NCBI GenBank assembly: GCA_047605325.1
Contig: JASGFX010000008.1
Coordinates: 6,100 to 70,099 of the forward strand
Direction: 5' to 3'
Length of the DNA stretch: 64,000 nucleotides
Source: Solirubrobacterales bacterium
GTDB lineage: Bacteria > Actinomycetota > Thermoleophilia > Solirubrobacterales > JACPNS01
The notes beneath the pieces were generated by a model. It saw only the letters and a program-made list of their open reading frames with translations. It was not told where the DNA came from and ran no database searches. Shown piece by piece: positions 10,182-19,129 of this stretch (position 1 is its first letter; each line of letters opens with the position of its first letter). Made by a program: the position numbers and the translations under genes.

Positions 10182-11332
10182 CAGGCCTCGTCCTCGATGT
10201 CGTCGGCGATGTCCTGGAGACGGCGGGTGCGCCATGACCAGCGCTCGAGTCGGGCACGGTTCTTGGCGTCGTGGAGTTCGCGGTCGGCGCGGGCCAGCAG
10301 ACGCCCGACGCTGTCGCCTTCTCGATAGGTCGCGTGGCCGACGGTGACGCCCGAGCGCACACCCGGGAGCAGGTCGACGCGGGCATCGGAGACGTTGTGA
10401 CTGACGCGCCGGATCAGGGTCTGGATGTCGTCGGGGTCGGTCGCGCTCGTGACGATCGCGAACTCGTCGCCGCCGCGCCGCGCCACGAGCTCGTCGCGAC
10501 GGATCGTGTCGGTGATTGCTTGGGCCACCACGCGCAGGGTTTCGTCGCCGACGGAATGGGAGTACTCGTCATTGACGCGCTTGAAGCCCTCGAGGTCGAG
10601 CATGATCACGGTCAGTCCGGTGTGCCCGCGTTCGGCTTCGTGCACCCCGAGTTCGACGCGCTCATACAGCGGCCGCAGGTTCGCGAGGCCGGTCAGGGCG
10701 TCGCGGCCCGAAAGCTCGGCGGCCTGCCGTTCGATGCGGTTGAGCTCGAGCCGGACATAGAGCGTCAGCCCGGCGGTCGAGGCCAGTGCGACGATCGTCA
10801 TCAGCCCTGGGATCAATCCGTACGGGTCGTCGGCGTGACGCAGCGATGCCTGCAGGATCAGCGCGACCGAGAGCGCGATGTAGAAGAACAGCGCGCGCGA
10901 CGGCAGGAACAACGCGACATACACGAGCGGCACGAGATAGACGATCCCCAGCTCGGACTCGACACTCGGAGCGTTGGCGAACATCACGACGAGGATTCCG
11001 TATGACATCAGCACGCCGAGATGCAGCCAGCGCTCAGAGATGTCGAGGTCGCCCATCACCCACCACACGCAGCCCATCACGAGGGCGAAGATCGAGGTGC
11101 CGACGGTCAGCTCCGGGTAGGCGACCGGTGCGGCGATCAGCCCCGACCAGAGTTGGATCAGGGCGCCGGTGGCCGCGACCCAGAAGAGCACGGCGGCGGT
11201 GCGCCATGCCATCCACGGTCCGAGCGTGTCGTCTGCGTCACTCGTTCCGAACAGCTGAGCGCCGGCTTCGCTCTCCGGAGAGAACTCGCGGTCGTCGTCG
11301 CCGTCGGGATCCTTGAATGCGGTGTTCGCCAT
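10181..11332 (-). CDS. Membrane-anchored diguanylate cyclase, tandem paralog
   Basis: 383 aa with the same architecture (DALTGLANLRPL...DLEGFKRVNDEYSHSVGD...RRGGDEFAIV). Confidence 0.8.
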   Translation of the reverse strand: MANTAFKDPDGDDDREFSPESEAGAQLFGTSDADDTLGPWMAWRTAAVLFWVAATGALIQLWSGLIAAPVAYPELTVGTSIFALVMGCVWWVMGDLDISERWLHLGVLMSYGILVVMFANAPSVESELGIVYLVPLVYVALFLPSRALFFYIALSVALILQASLRHADDPYGLIPGLMTIVALASTAGLTLYVRLELNRIERQAAELSGRDALTGLANLRPLYERVELGVHEAERGHTGLTVIMLDLEGFKRVNDEYSHSVGDETLRVVAQAITDTIRRDELVARRGGDEFAIVTSATDPDDIQTLIRRVSHNVSDARVDLLPGVRSGVTVGHATYREGDSVGRLLARADRELHDAKNRARLERWSWRTRRLQDIADDIEDEA

Positions 11333-11654
11333 TTGCGTCGGTTATCGGATCCCGGGAGGGGCGCCGGCCACGGGGGTTCTGGCGAGCGGGCCCACGGGGT
11401 CCGAGGGTGAAGTCGCGAGGTGCCTGCCTGGCAGCGCGACATATTTCAAATTGTGTGACGCGGATGCCTCGGACCGTCCGACGATGGCTGAAAACCGATG
11501 TCGATCGGGGGCTCTTCCTCGGTCCGCAAGCGGCGGGGGAGCCGCTGCTGCGAGGTTACCCGATCGTATTGCGAACTAATCAGTATTTCGAACACCCGTT
11601 TAGGGTATGGAACCCAGCCGGAAGCTGGGTCCTCTAGGTGCTCTGAAAGAGGAA

Positions 11655-11889
11655 AACATCGGGGCGCCCAGATTTGAACTGGGGACCTCACCGACCCGAT
11701 CCGGCGCAGGGCGCTTCAGCGCGCACACTGCAAGCCAGAAGAGAAGAAGAACATCGGGGCGCCCAGATTTGAACTGGGGACCTCACCGACCCGATCCGGC
11801 GCAGGGCGCTTCAGCGCGCACACTGCAAGCCAGAAGAGAAGAAGAACATCGGGGCGCCCAGATTTGAACTGGGGACCTCACCGACCCGA
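11655..11889 (-). repeat. Tandem 95-bp repeat: two identical units plus a partial third. Each starts with 2 nt of flank plus the 3'-terminal 41 nt of tRNA-Pro
   Basis: Units 11655..11749 and 11750..11844 read identical by eye. The shared core CATCGGGGCGCCCAGATTTGAACTGGGGACCTCACCGACCCGA recurs at 11657, 11752 and 11847 (period 95). The third copy is the 3' part of the intact tRNA. Confidence 0.9.
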
Positions 11890-11922
11890 ACGGTGCGCGC
11901 TACCAGGCTGCGCCACGCCCCG
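11849..11922 (-). tRNA. tRNA-Pro (anticodon CGG), no encoded CCA
   Basis: Manual cloverleaf on the minus strand: CGGGGCG-UG-GCGC-AGCCUGGUA-GCGC-G-CACCG-UUCGGGU-CGGUG-AGGUC-CCCAG-UUCAAAU-CUGGG-CGCCCCG-A. This is 74 nt with all stems Watson-Crick paired. Confidence 0.92.
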
Positions 11923-11945
11923 AATGCGCGGGGATTATCGCAGAC

Positions 11946-12530
11946 TCACGGACGCATGCCCGCGAGCATGATCTTCACGTACCGGGCCTGCGCCGCTTCG
12001 GGGCTCTCAAGGCCTTCACGTACGACCACGCGCGCCGATTCGGCGGCGCCGGCCGCGAGTGCGTAGAGGTCGTCGGTGACGATGTCGTCGCGCAGAGCGC
12101 CGGCCTTCTTGGCCGCGGCGAACAACTCGTCGCTGCGGGTCAGCGCGCGCGCCTTGCACTCATGCAGTTCGGGCGCATCGATCACGCCCTCCTTGAAGGC
12201 CTCGAGCATGCCGCGGTTCTCGTAGTTGAACTGAACGGTCTGCGCGAAATAGTCGTCGAACGCGGCGGCCGTGTCGTCGGCTTCGAGTGCCTGCGCGATC
12301 ACCTCGGTCCACATGTCCAGATGCATCTCGACGATCGCGCGGATCAGGTCGTCCTTCGTGGGGAAGTTGCGGAAGAGCGTGCCGCTGCCGACTCCGGCAC
12401 GCCGCGCGATCTCGGCGACGCTGACGTCGAGGCCCTCCTGCTGGAAGGCCTCGACTGCAGCTTCGATGATGCGCTCGCGGTTGCGCTGCGCATCGGCGCG
12501 CGGACGGCGGGTTGCGGCGGCCTCGCTCAT
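11946..12530 (-). CDS. TetR family transcriptional regulator
   Basis: HTH IIEAAVEAFQQEGLDVSVAEIARRAGVGSGTLFRNFPTKDDL. ATGA overlap with the upstream MFS gene's stop. Confidence 0.85.
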   Translation of the reverse strand: MSEAAATRRPRADAQRNRERIIEAAVEAFQQEGLDVSVAEIARRAGVGSGTLFRNFPTKDDLIRAIVEMHLDMWTEVIAQALEADDTAAAFDDYFAQTVQFNYENRGMLEAFKEGVIDAPELHECKARALTRSDELFAAAKKAGALRDDIVTDDLYALAAGAAESARVVVREGLESPEAAQARYVKIMLAGMRP

Positions 12531-14032
12531 GCGGGGACGGGAACCCCCTCGGCGGCGAGGTGGATCTCGGAGACCTCGCGCTTGCGCAGCCCGAACGTGA
12601 CCGTCAGGAGACCGGCGATCATCAGGCCCGCGGCGACGATGAACGCCGCCTGGTAGCCGTCGACAGACTGCTGCGCTGTGGCGGTGAGCGGATTCGACGC
12701 GCCGCTCGCGGTGGTGGCGATCGTCGAGAGGATCGCGAGGCCCAGGGCTCCGCCGACCTGTTGCGAGGTGTTGAACAGTCCGGAGGCGAGACCGCCCTCC
12801 ATCGCTTCGACGCCGGCAGTGGCGACCAGCGTCATCGGGACGAAGGTCATGCCCATACCGATCGACATCGGGATCAGTCCGGCGAGCAACGCGAGGTAGC
12901 TGCCGCCGACGTCAGTGGTGATCGAGAGGATCACGAGTCCGAGCGAGGCCAGCGCCATGCCCGGAATCACGACCGGCTTGACCCCGACTCGACCGATCAG
13001 CTGCTGCGAGACGCCTGCGCCGATCATGATTCCGGCCGAGACCGGCAGGAACGCCGCGCCGGCTTGGAGTGGGTCATAACCGAGCAGCTTTGGATTCTGC
13101 ACGTACAGGGACGCGAAGTAGAACATTCCGAACATGCCGCCGGAGACGATCAACATCGTGAAGTTCGCAACGGTGATCCAGCGTTTGCGGAAGAACGACA
13201 ACCGCACCAGCGGCTCTGGCGAGCGCAGCTCGATCGCCACGAACGAGGCGAGCAGAATGATCGCGCCGGCGAACCAGAGGATCGTCTGCGCAGAGGCCCA
13301 GCCCCACGATTCGGCTTTCACGATCGCGTAGACCAACACCATCAGACCGCCGGTCACGGTGACCGCGCCGCCGATGTCGAAGTGGCGCTCCTCGGTCTCG
13401 TGACGAGATTCCGGCACGAGGCGCAGCGCGGCGAGGATCACCGCGATGCCCACCGGAACGTTGATGATGAAGTTCCAGCGCCAGTCGAGCAGATCGGTGA
13501 GGATGCCGCCGAGCAGCAGGCCGAAGGCGGCGCCGCCGGCTGCGATTGCGCCCCAGACGGCGAGCGCCTTTGTGCGGTCGGGTCCCTCGTCGAAGCTCGT
13601 CGTGATGATCGACAGAGCCGCCGGCGAGGTCAGCGCGGCGCCGAGGCCCTGGAAGCCGCGGGCGATGATCAGGACTTCACCGGACGGGGCGAGCGCGTTG
13701 ACAAGCGACGCCGTCGAGAAGATCACGGTGCCGATCACGAACAGACGCTTGCGGCCGAGCAGGTCGGCGAGGCGTCCACCGAGCAGCAGGAAGCCGCCGA
13801 AGACCAAGGTGTAGGAGTTGACGATCCACTGGAGGTTCTGAGCCGAGAGCTTGAGATCGAGCTGGATCGAGGGCAGGGCCACGTTCACGATCGTGGCGTC
13901 GAGCACGACCATGAACTGGGCGAAGCAGACGACGACGAGCACGAGCCATGGATTGACCCGGTGTCCGTGCGTGGTCGCCTCCATGTGGCCTTCGGGCGTT
14001 GTCGCCGCTGGCGCATCTTGAGCGGGAGTCAT
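12527..14032 (-). CDS. MFS transporter, DHA2 (EmrB/QacA-like, 14-TMS) drug:H+ antiporter family
   Basis: N-terminal signature FMVVLDATIVNVALPSI...GGRLADLLGRKRLF and many TM segments. I chose the ATG at 14032 (MTPAQD), which follows GGAAAGGAA. The ORF track extends to 14125. Confidence 0.85.
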   Translation of the reverse strand: MTPAQDAPAATTPEGHMEATTHGHRVNPWLVLVVVCFAQFMVVLDATIVNVALPSIQLDLKLSAQNLQWIVNSYTLVFGGFLLLGGRLADLLGRKRLFVIGTVIFSTASLVNALAPSGEVLIIARGFQGLGAALTSPAALSIITTSFDEGPDRTKALAVWGAIAAGGAAFGLLLGGILTDLLDWRWNFIINVPVGIAVILAALRLVPESRHETEERHFDIGGAVTVTGGLMVLVYAIVKAESWGWASAQTILWFAGAIILLASFVAIELRSPEPLVRLSFFRKRWITVANFTMLIVSGGMFGMFYFASLYVQNPKLLGYDPLQAGAAFLPVSAGIMIGAGVSQQLIGRVGVKPVVIPGMALASLGLVILSITTDVGGSYLALLAGLIPMSIGMGMTFVPMTLVATAGVEAMEGGLASGLFNTSQQVGGALGLAILSTIATTASGASNPLTATAQQSVDGYQAAFIVAAGLMIAGLLTVTFGLRKREVSEIHLAAEGVPVPA

Positions 14033-14437
14033 GCGGTGGGGTTCCTTTCCGCCGATCCGACAATTTGGGCAAGAGGGGAAAGTCTGGGGAAAGGTGTAAA
14101 CGGATCGACCACTCCACTTTAGCATGAAGCGGAGCGAGTGCTCCGGTTATGCGCCGATCCGCATCGGCCTTACGTCATCGGATCCCTGACGTCGCAGAAA
14201 AACGGACGAGCGGATCGGCGCAACCCGGTCCCGCGCCTGACCGCGTATCCGGCGATTCCGTCATCTGAAATCGCCGGGTCGTGAACCGGGGGGGGAAGGT
14301 CACACGACGGTCTGCGCAAGCTTTTGGTCGCCCCTGAGCTATGTGGCGAGTAGTCCCTGTCAAAACCTCGTACAACGGTACAAAGCGAATTGTTACCCGC
14401 AAGTCGCACAATAAAGCATCTCGGGGACGATTTGCGG

Positions 14438-14504
14438 AGTAACCTTTCAGTTACTTAGCTTCCGGCAAGAAGAGCGCAAATTGCACGTATTTTCGACTGT
14501 GCAA
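14438..14504. promoter_or_regulatory. Candidate TetR operator palindromes in the AT-rich region upstream of the 14510 TetR gene
   Basis: AGTAAC-ctttca-GTTACT (14438..14455) and TTGCAC-N12-GTGCAA (14481..14504). The second overlaps the AAGGAG Shine-Dalgarno just before the ATG at 14510. Confidence 0.3.
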
Positions 14505-14509
14505 GGAGC

Positions 14510-15166
14510 ATGATCATCGCCCCAGGAACACGAAAAAGAACAAGACTCTCTCCCGAAGCTCGACGCGAACAGCTGGTCGAGATCGGCGCGCAGCTCTTCG
14601 CGGAGCGGCCCTTCAACGACGTCTGGATCGAAGAGGTCGCCAAAGAGGCCGGTGTTTCGCGTGGTCTCGTCTACCACTACTTCCCGAACAAGCGCGACTT
14701 CTACTCCGCAATCGTCAGCCATGGGCTGAAGAACGCGTTCGAGCTTTCGGCCCCCGATCCCGAGGTTCCTCCGGAGCGCTGGCTGCTCGAGGGGATCGAG
14801 CACATCTTCGACTACGCGAAGCTCAACGAAAACGCCTTCCGGGCGGTCTACCTCAGCCGACACACCGTCGACGATGCCGTTCGCGAGGCGATCCGGGAAG
14901 GTCGCGAACTGCAGGTCGAGCGCATCTGCGAATTCGTCACCCCGGGCGAGCCGCCGTCGAAGACGATGCTGATCGCGATGGACAGCTGGAGTTCGATGCT
15001 CGACGCGATGATCCTCGAGTGGCTCGACGGCCGCGCGACCGATCGCGACAAGCTTGTCCGCCTCGCGGCGGGATCGCTCGCGGGAACGATCGTCACCACG
15101 TTGGTGATCGACGGCCGCGGCGAGCTGCTCGCCAAGCTCGGCCACCTGACCCCGGCGATCTTCTAG
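14510..15166 (+). CDS. TetR family transcriptional regulator
   Basis: HTH LVEIGAQLFAERPFNDVWIEEVAKEAGVSRGLVYHYFPNKRDFY, with a good SD (AAGGAG). Confidence 0.85.
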   Translation: MIIAPGTRKRTRLSPEARREQLVEIGAQLFAERPFNDVWIEEVAKEAGVSRGLVYHYFPNKRDFYSAIVSHGLKNAFELSAPDPEVPPERWLLEGIEHIFDYAKLNENAFRAVYLSRHTVDDAVREAIREGRELQVERICEFVTPGEPPSKTMLIAMDSWSSMLDAMILEWLDGRATDRDKLVRLAAGSLAGTIVTTLVIDGRGELLAKLGHLTPAIF

Positions 15167-15193
15167 GGCCGAACGAGGCATACTGCTGACCAG

Positions 15194-15955
15194 ATGTCGG
15201 CAGAGCAGACAGCCAGCAGGCTCACCCGGATTCATCCGCCCGCACCGGACGCGCCGACGATCGACGCGCGCGAGGCATACGCGCAGCTCGATTTCGCCGC
15301 GCGGGCGAGCGATGCGCGACCGTATGTGATTGTCAACATGGTCTCGACCGTCGACGGCCAGGGCCGCATCGGAAACGACACCGCCGAGCTGGGGGATGCG
15401 GCCGATGCGGCGATGTTCGCGACGCTGCGTGAGCGTGTCGACTGCGTGATGGCGGGCGTTCGCACGATCGGTATCGAGCAGTACAACGCGCCGGCCCGCG
15501 GCGAGGACGTCCAACAGCGCCGCGCCGACGCCGGTCTCGCCGACCGGCCGATCGTCACGACCCTGACGCGCAGCGGCGACCTGCCACTGGAAGCGCCGCT
15601 GTTCGCCGACCCGGGCCTGCGCGTGGTCGTCTTCAGCGGTCGACAGATCGACCTCACCGAGGTCGCGGCACAGGTCGAGGTCGTTGTCGAGACCGATCCC
15701 GCGGCGATGCTCAGGGTCCTTCGCGAGCGTTTCGGCGTACGCTCCCTGCTGCTCGAGGGCGGGCCGCACATCAACCAGCCGTTCCTCGCCGAGGAACTCG
15801 TTGATGAGTTCTTTCTCACCGTGGCTCCCGTGCTGACCGGGAGCGACATGCCGTTCCCGATCGTCGCCGGCGCGCTGCCGAGCCGCCAGAAACTCCACCT
15901 GATCGGCGCGCTCGTCGGGGACGAGCATCTCTTCCTGCGCTACCGGGTGGACTGA
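15194..15955 (+). CDS. RibD C-terminal domain / dihydrofolate-reductase-like pyrimidine reductase family protein
   Basis: PYVIVNMVSTVDGQGRI...LLLEGGPHINQPFLAEELVDEFFLTVAPVL matches the RibD_C fold signature. Confidence 0.7.
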   Translation: MSAEQTASRLTRIHPPAPDAPTIDAREAYAQLDFAARASDARPYVIVNMVSTVDGQGRIGNDTAELGDAADAAMFATLRERVDCVMAGVRTIGIEQYNAPARGEDVQQRRADAGLADRPIVTTLTRSGDLPLEAPLFADPGLRVVVFSGRQIDLTEVAAQVEVVVETDPAAMLRVLRERFGVRSLLLEGGPHINQPFLAEELVDEFFLTVAPVLTGSDMPFPIVAGALPSRQKLHLIGALVGDEHLFLRYRVD

Positions 15956-17536
15956 TTGGGCGAGCGCCCGCAGATTCCGCTGGCAGCGCGCCTGACCGAC
16001 GACGCCGACTGGAGCGCCGAGCCCGTCGACCTCTCGGCCGTGGGAAAACCGCTCGCAAAGTTCTCGTGGCTCAGCCCGCGCACGCTCTGGCGGTCGCGCA
16101 ACAACGTACTCGTCGCTTTCTCCGGTGACCCGACCGAGACCGCCCGTGCGGCGTGGGTGCACCAGCAGCTCGCGCGTGGGGTCGACCCCGAGTTCACGAT
16201 CGGCCGTCCGGAGCTGGACGACTTCAATTTCATGGTGATGGGCGACACTGGAGAAGGCGACCGCTCGCAGTACTCGGTCGTGCCGGCGTTTCTCGCGGCA
16301 TCATCGGACAGCGAGTTCACGGTGATTGCGAGCGACGTCGTCTATCCGGCCGGCGACATCAACGAGTACGTCGGCAAGTTCTTCGTGCCCTACGCGAAGT
16401 ATCCGAAGCCGATCTACGCGATCCCTGGAAACCACGACTGGCTCGACGGGCTGTCCGGGTTCATGCGCCACTTCTGCGAGGCCGCGCCGCCGGCCGAGAA
16501 GTTTCGGCCACCGCCCAGCGCGCGCTGGCGTCGGTCGGCGATGCTGCTGCACCGGGTCTTTTGGCGTCGTCCGCGCTCGCTCGATCCCGAGACGCTCGTG
16601 CGGCGGCACCAACTGCGGCCCGAGGCGCGCAGCGAAGGGCCGCCTCAGCCGAACATGTATTTCGCGATCGACACGCCAAAGCTGCGAATCATCTCGATCG
16701 ACACCGGGATCCTCGGCCGGCTCGACTTCGCGCAGGGCGAATGGCTGCGGCGCGTCTCGGCCGGGCCGAAGCCGAAGCTGCTGATCAGTGGCAAACCGAT
16801 CTATGCCGGTCCGACGATGAGCCCGCGCCGGATCCTCGCCGAGGATGGTTCGGAGAGCGGTCACGCCGGGCTGCTCTGGTCGATCGTGCGCGACCCTCAG
16901 AACAACTACGTTGCGATGATCAGCGGAGATGTGCACCACTATGAGCGTCACTCGGTGAAGCTGCCCGAGGGGCGGACCATGCAGTGCGTGATCTCCGGCG
17001 GCGGTGGGGCGTTCATGACGGCGACCCATCAGATCGAGAAAGTCGCCAGACCAGACGTAGACGAATCCTCATGGGTCGTCTACCCGACGCGCGCCGACTC
17101 GCTCCGCGCGTACTCGATCTCACTCCAGCGCAAGCTCTTTCGTTTTCTTCCGGGGCTTTCTGTCTTCCGGCCTCGTGGCATTCCCGCCGATCAGGCCGCG
17201 GCGATCGTGTCCCAGCGACACGGGCTCGATCCGGAGATCGAGTTCGCGCGCGGCGAAGGCTCCGCGGGCGGAGGTCCGGTGCACGTGTCGCTGCGCTCGC
17301 GCGTGCTCGCCTCGATCGTGTTTCCACGCCGCCGACTGCAGTGGCTGCCCAGCGAGAAGGCGTCAGAGGCGCTCGACTGGGACGCGCCTCCATTCTTCAA
17401 GAACTTCATGCGCGTCGAGGTGGTCGGAGACGAGCTGCGCCTGATCGCCTTCGGCGTGACCGGTCTGGCGCGCGATGCCGAATCGCCGGCAGTGATCGAT
17501 CGGGTCACGATCCCGCTCGACGGCGGTGAGCGATGA
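15956..17536 (+). CDS. Metallophosphoesterase (calcineurin-like), long form
   Basis: Motifs MGDTGEGD, ASDVVYPAG, GNHDW, SGDVHHYE and ISGGGGAF. The TTG start directly follows the upstream stop. Confidence 0.75.
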   Translation: MGERPQIPLAARLTDDADWSAEPVDLSAVGKPLAKFSWLSPRTLWRSRNNVLVAFSGDPTETARAAWVHQQLARGVDPEFTIGRPELDDFNFMVMGDTGEGDRSQYSVVPAFLAASSDSEFTVIASDVVYPAGDINEYVGKFFVPYAKYPKPIYAIPGNHDWLDGLSGFMRHFCEAAPPAEKFRPPPSARWRRSAMLLHRVFWRRPRSLDPETLVRRHQLRPEARSEGPPQPNMYFAIDTPKLRIISIDTGILGRLDFAQGEWLRRVSAGPKPKLLISGKPIYAGPTMSPRRILAEDGSESGHAGLLWSIVRDPQNNYVAMISGDVHHYERHSVKLPEGRTMQCVISGGGGAFMTATHQIEKVARPDVDESSWVVYPTRADSLRAYSISLQRKLFRFLPGLSVFRPRGIPADQAAAIVSQRHGLDPEIEFARGEGSAGGGPVHVSLRSRVLASIVFPRRRLQWLPSEKASEALDWDAPPFFKNFMRVEVVGDELRLIAFGVTGLARDAESPAVIDRVTIPLDGGER

Positions 17537-18018
17537 TCGCCGCCGAGGCGCCGGCACGCCGCGAGCACGAGGTCTCGATCGGGGCGCGGCGGAGCGTCCC
17601 CTTCGAGGTGCGGGCCGTCTATGAGCTGCTCAGCGATCTGACCAAACATTGGCCGCTGCTCGGCGGCGACCTCGTCGAGGCCGGGCTGGTCGATCCGAGC
17701 GAAGCGGATTCCGCAGAGCTGATCCTGCGCGGGCCGTTTCCCGGAGTGACGCGCCGCGTGGTCACCCGTGTGACCTACGCCGTTCCCGAGTCGGCCTTCG
17801 GCGGCGAGGCGGTCGCGGGTTCGACGCTCGCGTCGATCGACTGGCGTCTGGCCGCTGAGGGTGCGGGCGTGACGGTCGTCTCGTTCGACGTCGGAATCGA
17901 TCCCGGCGGGATGCGCGACCGGCTGCTGCTCGGGGCCGCGCGACCATGGCTCTCACGTCGCTGCCAGCAGGTGCTCGAGCGCCTCGAGCGCGAGCTTTCG
18001 GTGGAGGCAGGACGGTGA
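17533..18018 (+). CDS. Hypothetical protein, possibly SRPBCC/START-like
   Basis: 161 aa with ATGA overlap to the upstream gene. The fold assignment rests only on weak pattern resemblance. Confidence 0.4.
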   Translation: MIAAEAPARREHEVSIGARRSVPFEVRAVYELLSDLTKHWPLLGGDLVEAGLVDPSEADSAELILRGPFPGVTRRVVTRVTYAVPESAFGGEAVAGSTLASIDWRLAAEGAGVTVVSFDVGIDPGGMRDRLLLGAARPWLSRRCQQVLERLERELSVEAGR

Positions 18019-19094
18019 GCGCGCGTCCTGCCAAGCACCGCGCGCAGGCACTCGACCTGATCCGCGCGTTCGCTGCGATGGCGGTCCTGACCTACCACGT
18101 CTGGCTCTACAGGCTGCCCAATCCGAACAGCCCGCGGCGCGATGACTGGCTTGACCACGTGCTGTTCGAGTGGCGGATCGGTCTGGTCGTCTTTTTCGTG
18201 ATGTCGGGCTACCTGCTCTACCGGCCGCTTTTGAAGGGTCGACACGACGCCGCGCCGGAGGCGCTCGACACACGCACGTACTACTGGCGGCGCATCGTGC
18301 GCATCGTGCCGTCGTACTACCTCGCGATCGTCGGCTCGATCATCCTGCTCTGGTCGCTCGGAGATGTCCCCGGCGTGCGCCTGCCGCCGTCCGACGAGCT
18401 CTGGCGCTTCGCGTTCTTCCTGCAGAACTATTCGCGCGAGACGCTTCTCACGCTCGACGCGCCGACCTGGACGCTGGCCGTGCAGGCGGCCTTCTATCTG
18501 GTGTTCCCGCTGTTCATCTTCTTCGGGCGGAGGATGGGCCGGCGCGCGTGGATCGTTCCGGCGCTGCTCGTGGTCTTCGGCGTGGTCTTCAACTGGGTCG
18601 CCTACTCGAACGGCTGGGGTCCGATCGCCCGGCTCTCGCTTTTCGCGATGATGCCCTATCTCGCACTGGGAATGTTGATCGCGCACATCCCGCCGGTGCG
18701 GACGCGGAAGGCGGCGGTCTGGATGATCGTCGTCGGCGTGGCGCTGGCTCTGGGCGACTCGGTCTGGCATGCGCTCGGCGGCTGGGGCTTCGGTCTTGGC
18801 GTGCTGCGTGACGTGCCCGGCGCGATCGGCTACGGAATGATCATCGCCGCGTGTGCGCAGCCGGTGATCGGTTCGGCCGAGTGGCTGCGGCCGGGGGAGG
18901 CCTTCGGGCGCTGGTCATACGGGATCTTCCTCTGGCACCTGCCACTGCTGCTGTTCATGAAGGGGCATGGATTGATGCCGGCCTCGGGCTTTTTGACATG
19001 GGTGCTGCTGGTCGTGATCGCCTCGGCGGTGGCGGCTGCGAACTGGCGCTTCGTCGAGACGCCGCTGCTCGCGCGATCGCGCGGAAGTGGGTAG
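18015..19094 (+). CDS. Acyltransferase family 3 (OafA/YrhL-like) integral membrane protein
   Basis: ALDLIRAFAAMAVLTYHVW...FFVMSGYLL is the acyltransferase_3 N-terminal signature, with roughly 10 TM segments. I chose the GTG at 18015 (GTGA overlap). The ORF track starts at 17946. Confidence 0.75.
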   Translation: MSARPAKHRAQALDLIRAFAAMAVLTYHVWLYRLPNPNSPRRDDWLDHVLFEWRIGLVVFFVMSGYLLYRPLLKGRHDAAPEALDTRTYYWRRIVRIVPSYYLAIVGSIILLWSLGDVPGVRLPPSDELWRFAFFLQNYSRETLLTLDAPTWTLAVQAAFYLVFPLFIFFGRRMGRRAWIVPALLVVFGVVFNWVAYSNGWGPIARLSLFAMMPYLALGMLIAHIPPVRTRKAAVWMIVVGVALALGDSVWHALGGWGFGLGVLRDVPGAIGYGMIIAACAQPVIGSAEWLRPGEAFGRWSYGIFLWHLPLLLFMKGHGLMPASGFLTWVLLVVIASAVAAANWRFVETPLLARSRGSG

Positions 19095-19129
19095 TGCGCC
19101 GCGTCTCGGCCGAAGTAACCTTCCGGTCA

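Noticed and set aside
11333-11654. c-di-GMP riboswitch or other leader upstream of the diguanylate cyclase operon.
   Set aside because: No GEMM-I/II-like conserved cores are recognisable on the minus strand. I see only generic GC-rich hairpins and one AT-rich promoter-like patch.
11607-11867. 86-aa ORF spanning the tRNA-Pro tandem repeats. I also considered whether the 95-bp repeats are a CRISPR array.
   Set aside because: The ORF is just a translation of the repeated tRNA fragment (GAPRFELGTSPTRSGAG... recurs). The 'spacers' between repeat cores are identical to each other, there are only 2-3 units, and no cas genes are present. It is not CRISPR.
11332-11946. An integrated mobile element, prophage or genomic island at the tRNA-Pro locus.
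   Set aside because: No integrase, excisionase, conjugation or phage genes lie on either side within the window. The neighbouring genes (GGDEF proteins, TetR-MFS) show the same high GC content and compact organisation as the rest.
14126-14509. SRP (4.5S) RNA, 6S RNA or a riboswitch in the long MFS/TetR intergenic region.
   Set aside because: I cannot find the SRP domain IV motifs (GGAA tetraloop context with AGCA). I also find no 6S-type long closing helix with a central bubble and no riboswitch core I know. The region is kept only as an unexplained structured region in the findings.
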